The translations under genes and the position numbers were made by a program. From Parvularia atlantis (taxonomy: Eukaryota), in assembly GCA_943704415.1 (NCBI GenBank), contig CALSCO010001666.1, positions 1 through 64,000 of the forward strand: a stretch of DNA of 64,000 bases. Direction: 5' to 3'. Below the pieces are notes generated by a model. The model was not told where the DNA came from, searched no databases, and saw only the letters and a program-made list of their open reading frames with translations. Shown here in pieces: positions 28,884 through 39,445 of this stretch; position 1 is the first letter of the stretch, and each line of letters opens with the position of its first letter.

Positions 28884-30228
28884 TCACAACGACGCCCTCG
28901 CTCTGGTCGTGCGCGCCGCGCGTGTGGTGCGGCGCCGGGCCTTGCCCTCCTTGCTCTTGATGACGATGAACGCGTTCTTGGCCGCGCTCGAGCTGGGCAG
29001 GTTCTTGACATCGATCGAGTTGAGCACGTCGCGGATGCCGAGCTGCTTGATGCACAGGGCGTAGCGCGTGATCGACTGGCGCTTGAGGTACTTGAGCAGC
29101 TTGCGGCGGCGCTCGACGAGCTTCTCGAGCCCGCGCCGGCTGTGCAGGTCGTGCCGGTGCTTGTTCATGTGCTCGGTGAGGTAGTTGATGCGCACGGTGA
29201 GCACGCCGACTGTACGCGCGCGGCCATGAGCGCCACATGCCGCGCGCACCCCTGGGAAGACGGCCACACCTTGCACCTCGGTCGAGCCCGAGTCCCCCTG
29301 CTTGCGCTGCAGCATCGCGATGGCCTGCTGCTTGCGGAACTGGTTGATGTCGGGCTGGCTTGCGGTGTAGAACGAGATCAGGTGGGCGATCTCGGCATCG
29401 ACGTTGGTGTAGTACTCGCCCAGGTCGCGCGGCAGCACAAACTTGAAATGCCCCTGCGGATCGCGGCGCGGCGCGGCGCGTCAGCGGGGCAGGCCCGGCG
29501 GCACACGCGGCGGGGTGCGCGCTCGCCTTGAGGTCCTCGGGGATGTCGAGCTGCGGGTTGTAGTAATTCTTGGCGGCCGAGTTGGCAAAGGTCGAGTCCC
29601 AGTCGGGCTCGGTCAGCATCGCGGCCTCGCTCACGAGCTTGTCGAGCTCTGCCCTAGACGTGAGCGCGACGGCGTGCGCGGCAGGCGAGGCGCGCGCGCG
29701 CGCACCCGACAGCCGGTCGTAGACGCTCGTCATAGACGAGTTGCCGAGCGGCCTGTTGCCGCTGGGCGCCGTGCCGGTGATGCTCGCAAAGATCGAGTCA
29801 AACGTCTCGGCCGCCGTCATGAGCCCGCCGGGCTTGGGCGTCTGCTGCTGCTGCTGCTCTTGCTTGCGCACGCGCGTGAGGAACTCGAGCGTGTTGGCGA
29901 GCGAGCCCGCGGCGGCGCTCGGCTTGGGCGGCAGCGGCAGGCTGTCGGTCGCGGGCTGGGCGGGCTGGGCGGGCGTGGTGGCGGCGGGTGGCGCGGGCGG
30001 CGCGTCGGTCCTGCGACGCGGATGAGCAGGGGGGAAAAAGAGCGGCGGGGCGGCGGGGCGCCGCCGCACCCCTCGCCCTCGGCCTGCAGCAGCAGCGTGC
30101 GCGACGCCGTCCACAGGCGCCGCACGGCGCGCGGCCCGTGCGGCCACAGGCGCGTCGACAGCCTGCGCCGGGCCGCCGTCAGTGCCGCGCCGCCGTGAGA
30201 GTGGCTTTTGGCCGCCTACGTACGCCAT
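28884..30228 (-). CDS. MRPS15: Mitochondrial ribosomal protein uS15 with long N-terminal extension
   Basis: Spliced N-terminus MALSTRLWPHGPRAVRRLWTASRTLL is presequence-like. S15 core GDSGSTEVQ..VLTVRINYLTEHMNKHRHDLHSRRGL..LVERRRKLLKYLKR. Confidence 0.9.
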
Positions 30229-30362
30229 GATGAACGTGTCTGATCCGTCTGTGAGTGAGGCCACGTAGACGCCCTCTCATAGACGTCCGCACTCGGAGGC
30301 TGAGTTGCGTGTGTCGCGTGCAGTGCCAAATGTGACATGAGTTCTACAAAGGAGTGCAGCGT

Positions 30363-31467
30363 CTAATTGGCGCCGATCGCCGCAGGCAGCGCCGAGAACG
30401 CGCCCGCGAGCCCCGACATGCCGCGCCGTGGCCCGGCCAGCGTGTGCAGCCCGCACTCGGTCTTGTTCGACCCGACCCACCGCCCAGATCGCTCGGGCGC
30501 GTCGGCGGCCACGGGCACGGTCGTGAAAATGTCGCCGATGGACTTGTACCCGAGGTCGTGCAGCTTGTTGTCTGCGGTGGCCGGGAGCGCGCGCGTGAGC
30601 CGCCTGAGCGCGAGGGGGCGGAAGGGCAGGCTACGCACAGGGCACGCCGAACCGGTGGATGTACTGCCAGACCTGCTGGCTCGTCCAGTCGTACAGCGGC
30701 TGCACCTGGATCGCCCCGACCGTCGCGTCGAACTCGACCAGGTCCATCCGCGCGCGCTCCCCGCCCTGGTCGGCGCGGCGCCCATTGATATACACCGACG
30801 CGCGCATCTCGTCGAGCGCGCGGTCACGGGGCTCGGCCTGCAGTTGCGCGGGCGCGCGCGCGTCAGCACGCTGGTCGGGCAAGTCAACGCACGCGGCGAT
30901 GCGCGTGCCTTGGTGAGGTAGCCGAAGCGCTCGGGGTCCTCCTGCCAGAGGTCGCGCCCGTACAGGGCCTCAAACTGCTCGCGCGTGTCGGCCCCCGCCG
31001 GCCGGTAGATGGTCAGGTCGAGATCGGGGTAGTAGTTCTGCGCGGTCGCGGTGAGACCTGGGCGCGGTGCGGCGTGCAATGGCAGCGAGCGCACCCTGAT
31101 GGCCGCGATGTGCTCGTAGGTCTGCGGGAAGTGGTAAAGCGTGTCGATGAATACGACGCGCATATCGCGCAGCAACCCGAGCTTGGCGCAGATGTCGAGG
31201 ATGACCATGCCCGTCGGCTGGAAGCTGACCCGCTGTGTCAGCCAGGCAGGTGCGACGCGCGCGCCGTGCACCGCACCTAGTCAGCTGGATCGTCTGCGAT
31301 AGGTCGAGCCGCGCGAGCAAGTCGACGATGGGCAGGCCCTTGAGCGGCGCGGGCACCTTGAGCGTGCGCCGGGGCGCTACCTCGACGAGCGCCCGGACGC
31401 GCTCGCGGCCGTGCGAGCTGTCGGCGTCGGCGAACACCGCGTCGTGCTGGTCGTACTGGGGCGCCAT
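30363..31467 (-). CDS. MET16: Thioredoxin-dependent PAPS/APS reductase lacking the Fe-S cysteines
   Basis: SFQPTGMVILD, FIDTLYHFPQTY, GRRADQGGER, LHDLGYKSIGD and ERSGRW....KTECGLH. No CC..K motif. Confidence 0.92.
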
Positions 31468-31755
31468 TGAGCGGGCGTGAGGGCGGTGTAGTTGTGTGAA
31501 TGTGCCGTGGCTGAAAGCGACCGCCGGCGCTTATGAAGCGTTTCGGGTCGTCGCGTAAGCCAGCACGCCATCGCACGCGCCGAGCACGCAAGGCCCCATC
31601 GATGTGGTGACGCGATTGGCATGCGCGGATTGCGTGCTTCATTGATGCACTAACAGCTGTGCTGTCGCTGTATACCAGCTTGTCCGCGCGGCTGCCGCGC
31701 TGCTTGCTCACCGCGCCGCGCTGCCTCCCGCGCAGCGCAGTTCATAAGAAGGTGC

Positions 31756-32475
31756 ATGCGGCGAGGACTTGTCCGACTATCACCGCTGCTTCCCCGCCTG
31801 CCGCCCGCCCGCCTGCTCAGCACCGCAGCGACCATGGCCATGCCCAAGTCCGACGAGGAGTGGCAGTGCGTCGCGAGCCCGCGGGCCCCGCGCCGATGGC
31901 TGACGGCGACGGCGCGCGCACGACACAGGGCCGTCCTCACGCCCGCGCAGTTCAAGGTGATCCGGCAGAAGGGCACCGAGCGCGCCTTCACCGGCGAGTA
32001 CGACAAGCACTTTGAGGCGCGGCGGCGTGAACGGCGTCGTCCCCTCTGTTGAGGCTGACTGGCCCGATGCGCGCGCACCCTGTGGCACAGGAGGGCGTGT
32101 ACACGTGCGCCGCGTGCAACGCCCCGCTGTACAAGTCCACGACCAAGTTCGACAGCGGCTGCGGCTGGCCGGCGTTCTTCGACGGCATCCCCGTGCGCGC
32201 CCGCAGACCACCGGCCCGCGCGTCAGCACGCCTCGTGACCGCGCCGCCAGGGCGCCATCACCACGCACGAGGACAACACGCACGGCATGCAGCGCGTCGA
32301 GATTACGTGCACGCGCTGCGGCGGCCACCTCGGCCACGTCTTCAAGGGCGAGGGTTACAGTGCGCGCGGCGACTCGCGCCCGACGCGACTGCCGCTGACT
32401 CCGCGCGCAGAGACGCCCACGGACGAGCGGCACTGCGTCAACTCCATCTCGCTCAAGTTCAACAAGGGGGCGTGA
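31756..32475 (+). CDS. MSRB: Methionine-R-sulfoxide reductase MsrB (Zn-binding, Cys form); second in-frame ATG at 31834
   Basis: [46 protein letters not shown] and RHCVNS. N-terminal Arg/Leu-rich leader. Confidence 0.96.
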
Positions 32476-32676
32476 GGGCAGACAGGCCGCTCACGGTGTC
32501 TTGCGTTGACCATACCGTAAAACCCACCCGTGAAAAAAACTCACTTTTCACTGCTTCGACTTTCTGTCACATCGCCTTCGCGCGCCACTCGCCGGCCCAC
32601 TGCGCGACGCTCGCCGCTCGCCACTGACAGCTCGCCGCCACCTCGCGTCCGCCGGCAGCAGGGCGCGCACAACGAG

Positions 32677-35600
32677 ATGGCCGGTCTGGTCACGCCCGAG
32701 CGCCCTGTCCACGGCGCGCCCGAGCTCGCGCGGCCGACGCACCTGCTGCTGCAGGCCTTCGTGGAGCTGCAGGCGCCGCACGCGAGCGAGGGAAGCACCG
32801 GCGATGGCCCAGGGGCGGGGCTGGTGCGCGCGGAGACACGTGCGGACGCTAGTTAAGCCATCGCCGCACGGCTTAGGACTTCACGGCCGCCGCGGCCTTC
32901 CTGCGCCGGCTCGATGTCCTGCGCACGTCGGGCACGGACCTGCCGCGCCAGCACCTCTTATTGCCGTGCGTGCATCGCCTGCATGCCTCTGCACACGCTC
33001 ACGCCCGCTGCCGCCGCCGCCGTCAACGCCAGATCGGCCAAAGTCGCCGCGCTCGTCTCACGCGTCCTCCAGCAGGCCCAGGCGTCGTCCGGGCTCGCTC
33101 ACGCTTGCACCGCGCTGCGCATCGCCGCCGAGATGGTCGCGGCGCTCCTGCCGAGCGGCAGCCTGGACGCGGCGCGGCTGGACGAGCTCGCGGCGCCGAT
33201 TTGCGACCTCGTCGGTGCGCAGCCGCTCTGCGCGCCTTCCTGCCTGCCGTCTAACGCGCGGCACAGTGCACCGGCTGCTGCGCGGACCCGTGCCGGGCCA
33301 GGGCGCGCTGGACTCGCTCACGGCCATCCGCGCCATCCTCGAGCACATCGCCGCGCGCGCTCAAGAGTCAAAGACGGGTGCGCAGCGCACGCGCGTACAC
33401 GCGTGCGCACGCGCGCTGAGCCACAGCCCAGTCAAGGAGCTGCTCGGCGCGGCCTACATTGACATGGTACTCGCGGTCATGACGACGCAGGTCGAGACGT
33501 CGAGCCCGTTCGCGCTGCTGCAGCTGCGACGCCAGGTGCGCGCGACCCATCCCGTGCTGCCTCTCTCACCGAGATGCGCAGGCGGGCGAGCTGCTCAACG
33601 ACGAGCTGCTACGGGGCAGCCCGCGCAACCTCGACGTTTTGCGTGGCGTGTGCACCCCCGAGCGCCAGGCCACGATCGCCGCGCAGCTGGGCACGGCCGG
33701 TGACGTCAAGCTCCAGACCGTGTTGCTCGAGACGCTCTTCCGCGTGGCGCCGAGCGAGCCGTCGCAGCGCGCGAGCTTCGCCGCCCGGCTGTGGCCGGTC
33801 GACAACCTCGCGCAGGCGTTCATGGCCATCACCAGCGCGACGTTCACGGCGCAGAGCCGCGCGTTCGTCAATGCGCACAACAAGCGCGCCGACACAACGG
33901 CCCGCTCGGTCCTGTCGACGCCGTGCATTGCGATCACGTACAACGGCGTGCAGATGCGCGCACCCGCGGCGCCCGTCTCGTCACCGGGCACGGCCTCCGG
34001 CAAGAAGGGCCACGTCGCCGTCGCCGTCGACCAGCGGCACTCGAGCTTCTGGCTCGACATCAACGCGCACTCGATCAGCACCGACGCGACCATCCCGGGC
34101 GAGGACGTGGTCGACTTTGTGGAGGTGTGGAGTGGCCCGGCTGGCGTTGCGCCTGACGCGTCTGGGCCACAGGCGCCGTTCGCGCACATCATGCGCTTCG
34201 ACGTCGTGCGTGGTTCCGACGTCGGCGGCGTTGCGGGAGCGGCCGTGCTCAAGCTGCAGCTGTCATCGGGCGTCGCGTCGATCAAGGCGCTCGCTCCCGG
34301 TGCGTTGCGTGAGACACTGCGCGGTGCGGCCACTCACACCGCGCGCGCAGACTTCAAGCAGGCCGTGCTCGTGTGCGAGTGCCTGCCGCCCGACCTGGAC
34401 GTGTGGATGGCGACCGTGCGCTCGCTCATCGGCGACAAGGTGCTTGCATCACCGCCGTCGTCGCGCATGCTTACTGATGGCCGCCGCAGAAGGGCGCGCG
34501 CGTGTCGGTGCCAGCGACGACGCCGCTCCCGGCACCGATCGTCAAGGCGGTCCGTCTGTGCACCTGAGCGCGGTGCCGGCACTGGGCTGATGCTCGCGCG
34601 GCCCAGCTTCGCATGGACGGGCTCGCATCACCGTTCCTGGCCACCAAGGCGCTTAGCCCGCTCGGCGCGCGTGGCTTCGCGGCCGAGAAGGGTGCGTGCC
34701 GTCCGTGGCCGCTAGATCGCTTACGTCCGCGCCGGCGCGCAGTGTTCGACCTGTTCGACAAGTACTCGGCCAAGTTCCAGCACGCGCCCACGCCGCCGCC
34801 GCCACCGCCGCCACCACCACCACCACCGTCACCGCCACCGCAGCCACAGCAGCGCGAGCCGGAGCTTGCTGGCAAGCGGAACGCGCCTGCGGCCAAGGAG
34901 ACGGACGACGACACTCCAACGGCAAAGCGCGCACGGTCGACGCCCGCCAGCCGCACGCCGGCTGCAGTACGCACGGGCCTGCTCACGCCAGCGGCCACGC
35001 CGGCGGTCGCCAAGGCGCAAGACAGCGACTTTGACTTTGACCCGGCTCCCGCGACGGCCACGCGCACCGGCGGCAGTGGCAAGACCGAACCGGCCCCGCG
35101 CACGGCCAGCAAGACCGCAAGCAAGACCGCGAGCAAGACCGCGAGCAAGACCGCGAGCAAGACCGCGAGCGAGACCGCAAGCAAGATCGCGGACAAGACC
35201 GTGAGCAAGCCGCAGCCGCAGCCACAGCCGCCAAAGTCCGTGCGCAAGCTTCGCGACCGTCAGGCATCTAAGCCAGCCAAGCGGCCCGCATCGCCGCCGA
35301 CCAAGCAACCGGCGCCCGAGGCCGACGAGCAGCGCACGACCGCGGCGTCGAGCGACCTGCGCGCGGCCGAGACGTTCTCCATAGCTGTGGAGGAGGCTGC
35401 ACCAACAGTCGACGCGGCAGCCACGGCCGCTGTAGCGAAGGCCGAGCGTGAGGCGGTGACGGCGGCGACGGCGGCTGCAAAGCGGGCGGAGCGCGAGGCA
35501 GTGGACGAGGAGCTCACGACGCGACTGCGCCATTTGCGCCACGCCGCGGCCAAGGTGCGACGACCACGGCCGCCGCTGCTCGGCGCTGACGCCGCTCGTG

Positions 35601-36643
35601 CAGATGGACTCGCTCGACACGCCACGCGAGGCAGAGCCGCAAGAGCGTGACATCGACAGCGCCTGTGCGTGCCGCAACGGCTCGACCGGCGCCGCACTCA
35701 CGCCTCGGACCGTAGACCGCTCGATGCTCGGCAGCACACGCAAGCGGCGCCGCGAGGACGATGAGGACACGCGCGCAGAGTACCTCTCGGCGCGACGCCT
35801 GGGTGCGCGTTGGCTGCTTCACCGCGCTGGCGCCTGACGCTGACGCCGCGTGGCCAGACTTTGACCAGCCCGCGGTGCAAGCGTCGTCGCCCGAGCCGGC
35901 GCGCATGGTCAGCCCGCCGCGTGCGCGGAGCGCAGACGAGGACCGAGACATCGGCGCACGCACGGGCCTGCGTCCCAACGTCGTCAACAGCGCGGACGAG
36001 CCCGAGGGGTGAGCCCGGCGTGCGCACAGACAGCGGCCAACACAGGCGCGCAGGTTCCCGTCGCTCCGCGACCCGAGCATCCGCAGCCTGCTGCTGGCTG
36101 TCGAGGATCGCCTGCGCCGCAAGGCGGTCGCCGTGCACACGGCGACGGCCGGGTCGCTCGCCGCACGCGTCGACCGCCTCCTGGCAGGCGCGGACAAGGC
36201 GGAGGGGCGCTGGGCGGCGGGACTGTGCGTCGCGAGACGCACCCGCCCGCGCACTAAGCCGTTCGCCGTCAGCGCCAACGCCATGATCGCGCGCCGCGAC
36301 GCGCGTCGGCGGCTGGAGGAGGCGCGCGAGACGTTTGTGCGCCAGACGCTCCACGTGCAGGAAAAGTACCAGGCGCGTGGAAGGCGTGAGTCGCGTTCGC
36401 TGCATCGCTTATGCGGCCCGGGGCAGGTCAACGCGGGCGACTTTGGCGAGGCATGCATCAAGCGCCGGCGCCTGGATGACTCGCTGCTCGAGACGGCGCT
36501 GAAGGAGATGCGCGCGATGCGTGCGTGCGGCCCAGCCGCGCGGTGGGATGCTGACGCGCGCGTGCGCAGAGCACGCCGAGGCCAAGCACGTCGCGCGCTG
36601 GCGCCAGACCATGCAGCAGCACCTGCGCGCGCCCGCGGCCTAG
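32677..36643 (+). CDS. SYCP2/Rec10/Red1-like meiotic chromosome axis protein (ARM-like + PH-like N-terminus, basic low-complexity middle, helical C-terminus)
   Basis: LGTAGDVKLQTVLLETLFRV...QRASFAARLW....AQAFMAITSATFTAQSRAFVNAHN...VLSTPC...SFWLDIN resembles my recollection of the SYCP2 N-terminal domain (AGDYDLQV...EALCR...AF..I...FETDCR.FLN..N...V.TFPC...FWIDFN). Confidence 0.68.
35101..35190 (+). repeat. 12-bp coding tandem repeat (Thr-Ala-Ser-Lys)n
   Basis: GCAAGACCGCGA units encoding TASKTASKTASKTASKTASKTASETASK. Confidence 0.92.
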
Positions 36644-36718
36644 CAGTGACGCGTGAACGTATGTGTGCAGCGTGCGCCCTTCTGCAGCGTGAAAGTGCAG
36701 GCCACACGACAACGGCCC

Positions 36719-37066
36719 TCATGGCGGCACGAACCGGCTCGGCAGCGGCTCCAGCCGGATGGACGACGGCGCGGCGTCGCGCTCGGGCAGCGGCCGGTCG
36801 AGGTGGCGGCGCACCTCGTCGAGCAGGCTCTGGCGTGCGCGCGCGTCGCGCGGCTGAGCGGCTGAGCGGTTGCGGCGCCGCAGACGGGCACCGCGCACCT
36901 CTGCGTGCCTGTCGTGCCGGTCATGCCTGTCGTGCCCAGGCAGCGCATCCGCCTGCGCCGGCGCGTCCCGGTGCACGGGCGTGCCGCCGCCGCCGAAGCG
37001 GCCGTGTAGCAACGCCAGGGCGACGGCGGCCAGCACCGCCAGCACGACCAATTCGCGGCGCATCAT
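36719..37066 (-). CDS. Small putative secreted or membrane-anchored peptide
   Basis: MMRRELVVLAVLAAVALALLHG is signal-like, followed by an HDR triplet repeat. One apparent in-frame intron (GTGCGC...CAG). Fills the gap between two genes. Confidence 0.45.
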   Translation of the reverse strand: MMRRELVVLAVLAAVALALLHGRFGGGGTPVHRDAPAQADALPGHDRHDRHDRHAEVRGARLRRRNRSAAQPRDARARQSLLDEVRRHLDRPLPERDAAPSSIRLEPLPSRFVPP

Positions 37067-37094
37067 CCGATGAAACAGTTTGATTTAGGTCCTA

Positions 37095-38038
37095 CTACAC
37101 GTCTGCGATGCTGTACTCGAGCGCGTACGCGTCCAGCGCGGGCCGGTGGTGCTCGAGCAGCGGTGACCAGTGCAGCAGGCGCGCGTGGAACGTGCGCGCG
37201 GCGACGTCGTAGTGCACAAACGAGCACGACGCGTTGGACGACTCGTGGTCGTTGTGCTCAAGGTCCTCGACGATCACTGCCGTAGCGACGCGCGGCGCCT
37301 GTGAGCGAGCGCGCCTGGAGCGCATCGTGACCGCACGCACTCGGCAGCAGGATGCGCAGCAGCCGTCCGTGCGCAACCACGATCGCGTGCTCGCGCGGCC
37401 GTGCGTGCAGCTCCTCCACAAAGCCGTGCACGCGCCGCTGCACGTCGCAGTAGGACTCGCCGCCGCCCGGGCAGCGTGCTGGCGGACCGCGGTGCTGTCA
37501 GAGCGAGGGGCAGGCGGCACCGGCACCGGCCGGCCGTGCCATCGAGCTCGCCGCGCCTCCACGCTTCCAGCACGTCCTGGATGGCCACAAAGCCCTGGCC
37601 CTCGCATGCGCCCCAGCAGACCTCCATAAGCGCGTCACATGCCTGCGCATCCGCGCCGCTCGGTCAGCCGCCGCGTGCAACGGGCAGCCAGCCCGCACCT
37701 CGATGCGTGGGCGGCGCGACTCGGGGAAGCACGCCTGGACGAGCCGCGCGGTGTGGAGAGCGCGCCGTAGCGGGCTCGAGAAGATCACGTCCACGGAGAA
37801 GCGCGCGAGGCTGCGGCCCAGCTGCTGCGCCTGCTCGACGCCTGCTCGGCACTCAGATCGGCGCGTGGGCGGGAACTGAGCGCGCCTTCTGTGCTGAGGT
37901 CCGTGTCGATCGACTGCCCTGCGCGCGGCGTGAGCGTGCCGATCGAGCATCGACAAGGCCGGGGCACACACCCTGCAGCACGCGCGCACGGTTGGCGTCC
38001 GTCTGCGCGTGCCGGCAGAAGAACAGGCGGCGCGCCAT
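37095..38038 (-). CDS. Histidine phosphatase superfamily (phosphoglycerate mutase-like) protein
   Basis: LFFCRHAQT, FSSPLRRALHTA, LMEVCWGACEG, PGGES and IVVAHG. Confidence 0.88.
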
Positions 38039-38069
38039 TGGGGCGGTGCCCCTCGACCATTTCCGCGCC

Positions 38070-39395
38070 ATGATGGCGTCCCTTGAGGCCGAGCTTGACG
38101 CGTTGCAGGTGCGTGACGGATGCGCGTCCGTATCGGGGCCCTCCACAGCGGCGCGTGCAGGCCATCTACGAGGACGAGCTGCGCGTGGGCCGCGGCGCGG
38201 GCGAAGTCACCGAGGTCTCGCTGCCGCTTCGCCCGACCGGCGACAGCGACGAGGCGTGCTACGTCAAGGCGACGCTCTCGGTCTCGATCGGCCCGGTGCG
38301 CTTGAACCGGGCTGCGTGCCTCTCGATCAGGCGTCGTGACGGGGCGGGGCGGGACATCGCAGCGGTACCCAGACGAGCCACCGAGGCTGCGGCTGCACGA
38401 CGTGCGCGGCCTGGACGACGAGCGCACGCGCGCGCTCGAGCAGCGGCTGGACGAGCGCATCGCAGTGCTGCAGGGCGGTGCGGCAGCGGCCGTGTGTGCT
38501 GGGCGCCTGGTGCGGCCCACCGTCGCGGCGTGCGCCCCTTCCCAGCCGGTCATCTTTGACCTAATTGAGACCGTGCGCGACGTGCTGAACGAGAACAACG
38601 TGCCCTCGGGCGACTGCCCCGTGTGCCTGCACCCGTTGCGCAACCGCGCGTACGTGCGCGCGCCGTGCTTCCACGTGTTCCACGCGGCGTGTCTGCGCGG
38701 GGCGCGGGCGTTCCAGGTGCAGCGCTGGCATTGGGCGCATTGTGGCTGACGTAGCGCCGCAGGACGAGGTCGTGCGCGAACACGAGGAGGTGCGGCAGAA
38801 GCTGCGCCGCCGCAAGACCGCCGAGGAGGAGGCAGCCGAGCGGCCGTACTGCCCCGTCTGCCGCACGCCGCTTGACCAGGACACGCTGAGCGCCCTCGAC
38901 GCCGGCGACGCAGACGCGCTCGCCGACGCCGGCAGCGGCGAACAGGACGCGCAGCAGTACGAGCTGCCGCCTGCTGTCCGAGCGGTACAGGTGTGCTTGC
39001 GGCAGGTGCTGCGTGTTTTTGCCGCGCTCAGCACGCCCGCAGGCCCAGATGGCGCAGATGCGCCTGTGGCAGCAGCAGGCCGGCGGGCTGATCGACATTG
39101 AGGAGAATCAGCGGCGACTGTTTGTGAGCGACACGGTCGTTGCGGTCGCGGTGCGCACTTGCGAGTCGCGCCGCCACCCGCACACCGACCACACGGCACG
39201 GCACGGCAGAACCTTACACCCCCACCGACGCCGGCGCAACAGCAGCAGCAGCAGCAGCCGAAGAAGCGGCACGGCGGGCGCACACGCAAGACGCCCGAGC
39301 CGGGGCAAGGGCCGCACGACGTGGACGACGTGGTCGTGGCCGGCCGCAGCAAGCCGCGTCGGTCGGCCGGCGAGGGCCACGGCTCGAACGGGTGA
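38070..39395 (+). CDS. RNF25: RWD-RING E3 ubiquitin ligase, RNF25/AO7-like
   Basis: ELDALQAIY, YPDEPP, VRGLDD and PVIFDLIE (RWD). NNVPSGDCPVCL...CFHVFHAAC...CPVCR (RING-H2 with helical insert), then GGLIDIEE. Confidence 0.85.
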
Positions 39396-39445
39396 TCGAG
39401 CGCTGTGATGTAAGTTACTGGTTCGCGAGCACGCTGCATGGGCCG

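Noticed and set aside
26768..30264. Very long ORFs in the track (658 aa, 816 aa, and many other Ala/Arg/Pro-rich ones)
   Set aside because: They are off-frame or antisense read-throughs of spliced genes. Stops are rare at this GC content and the translations lack domain motifs.
32410..32475. Possible selenocysteine in MsrB
   Set aside because: The catalytic codon in RHCVNS is TGC. The only in-frame TGA is terminal.
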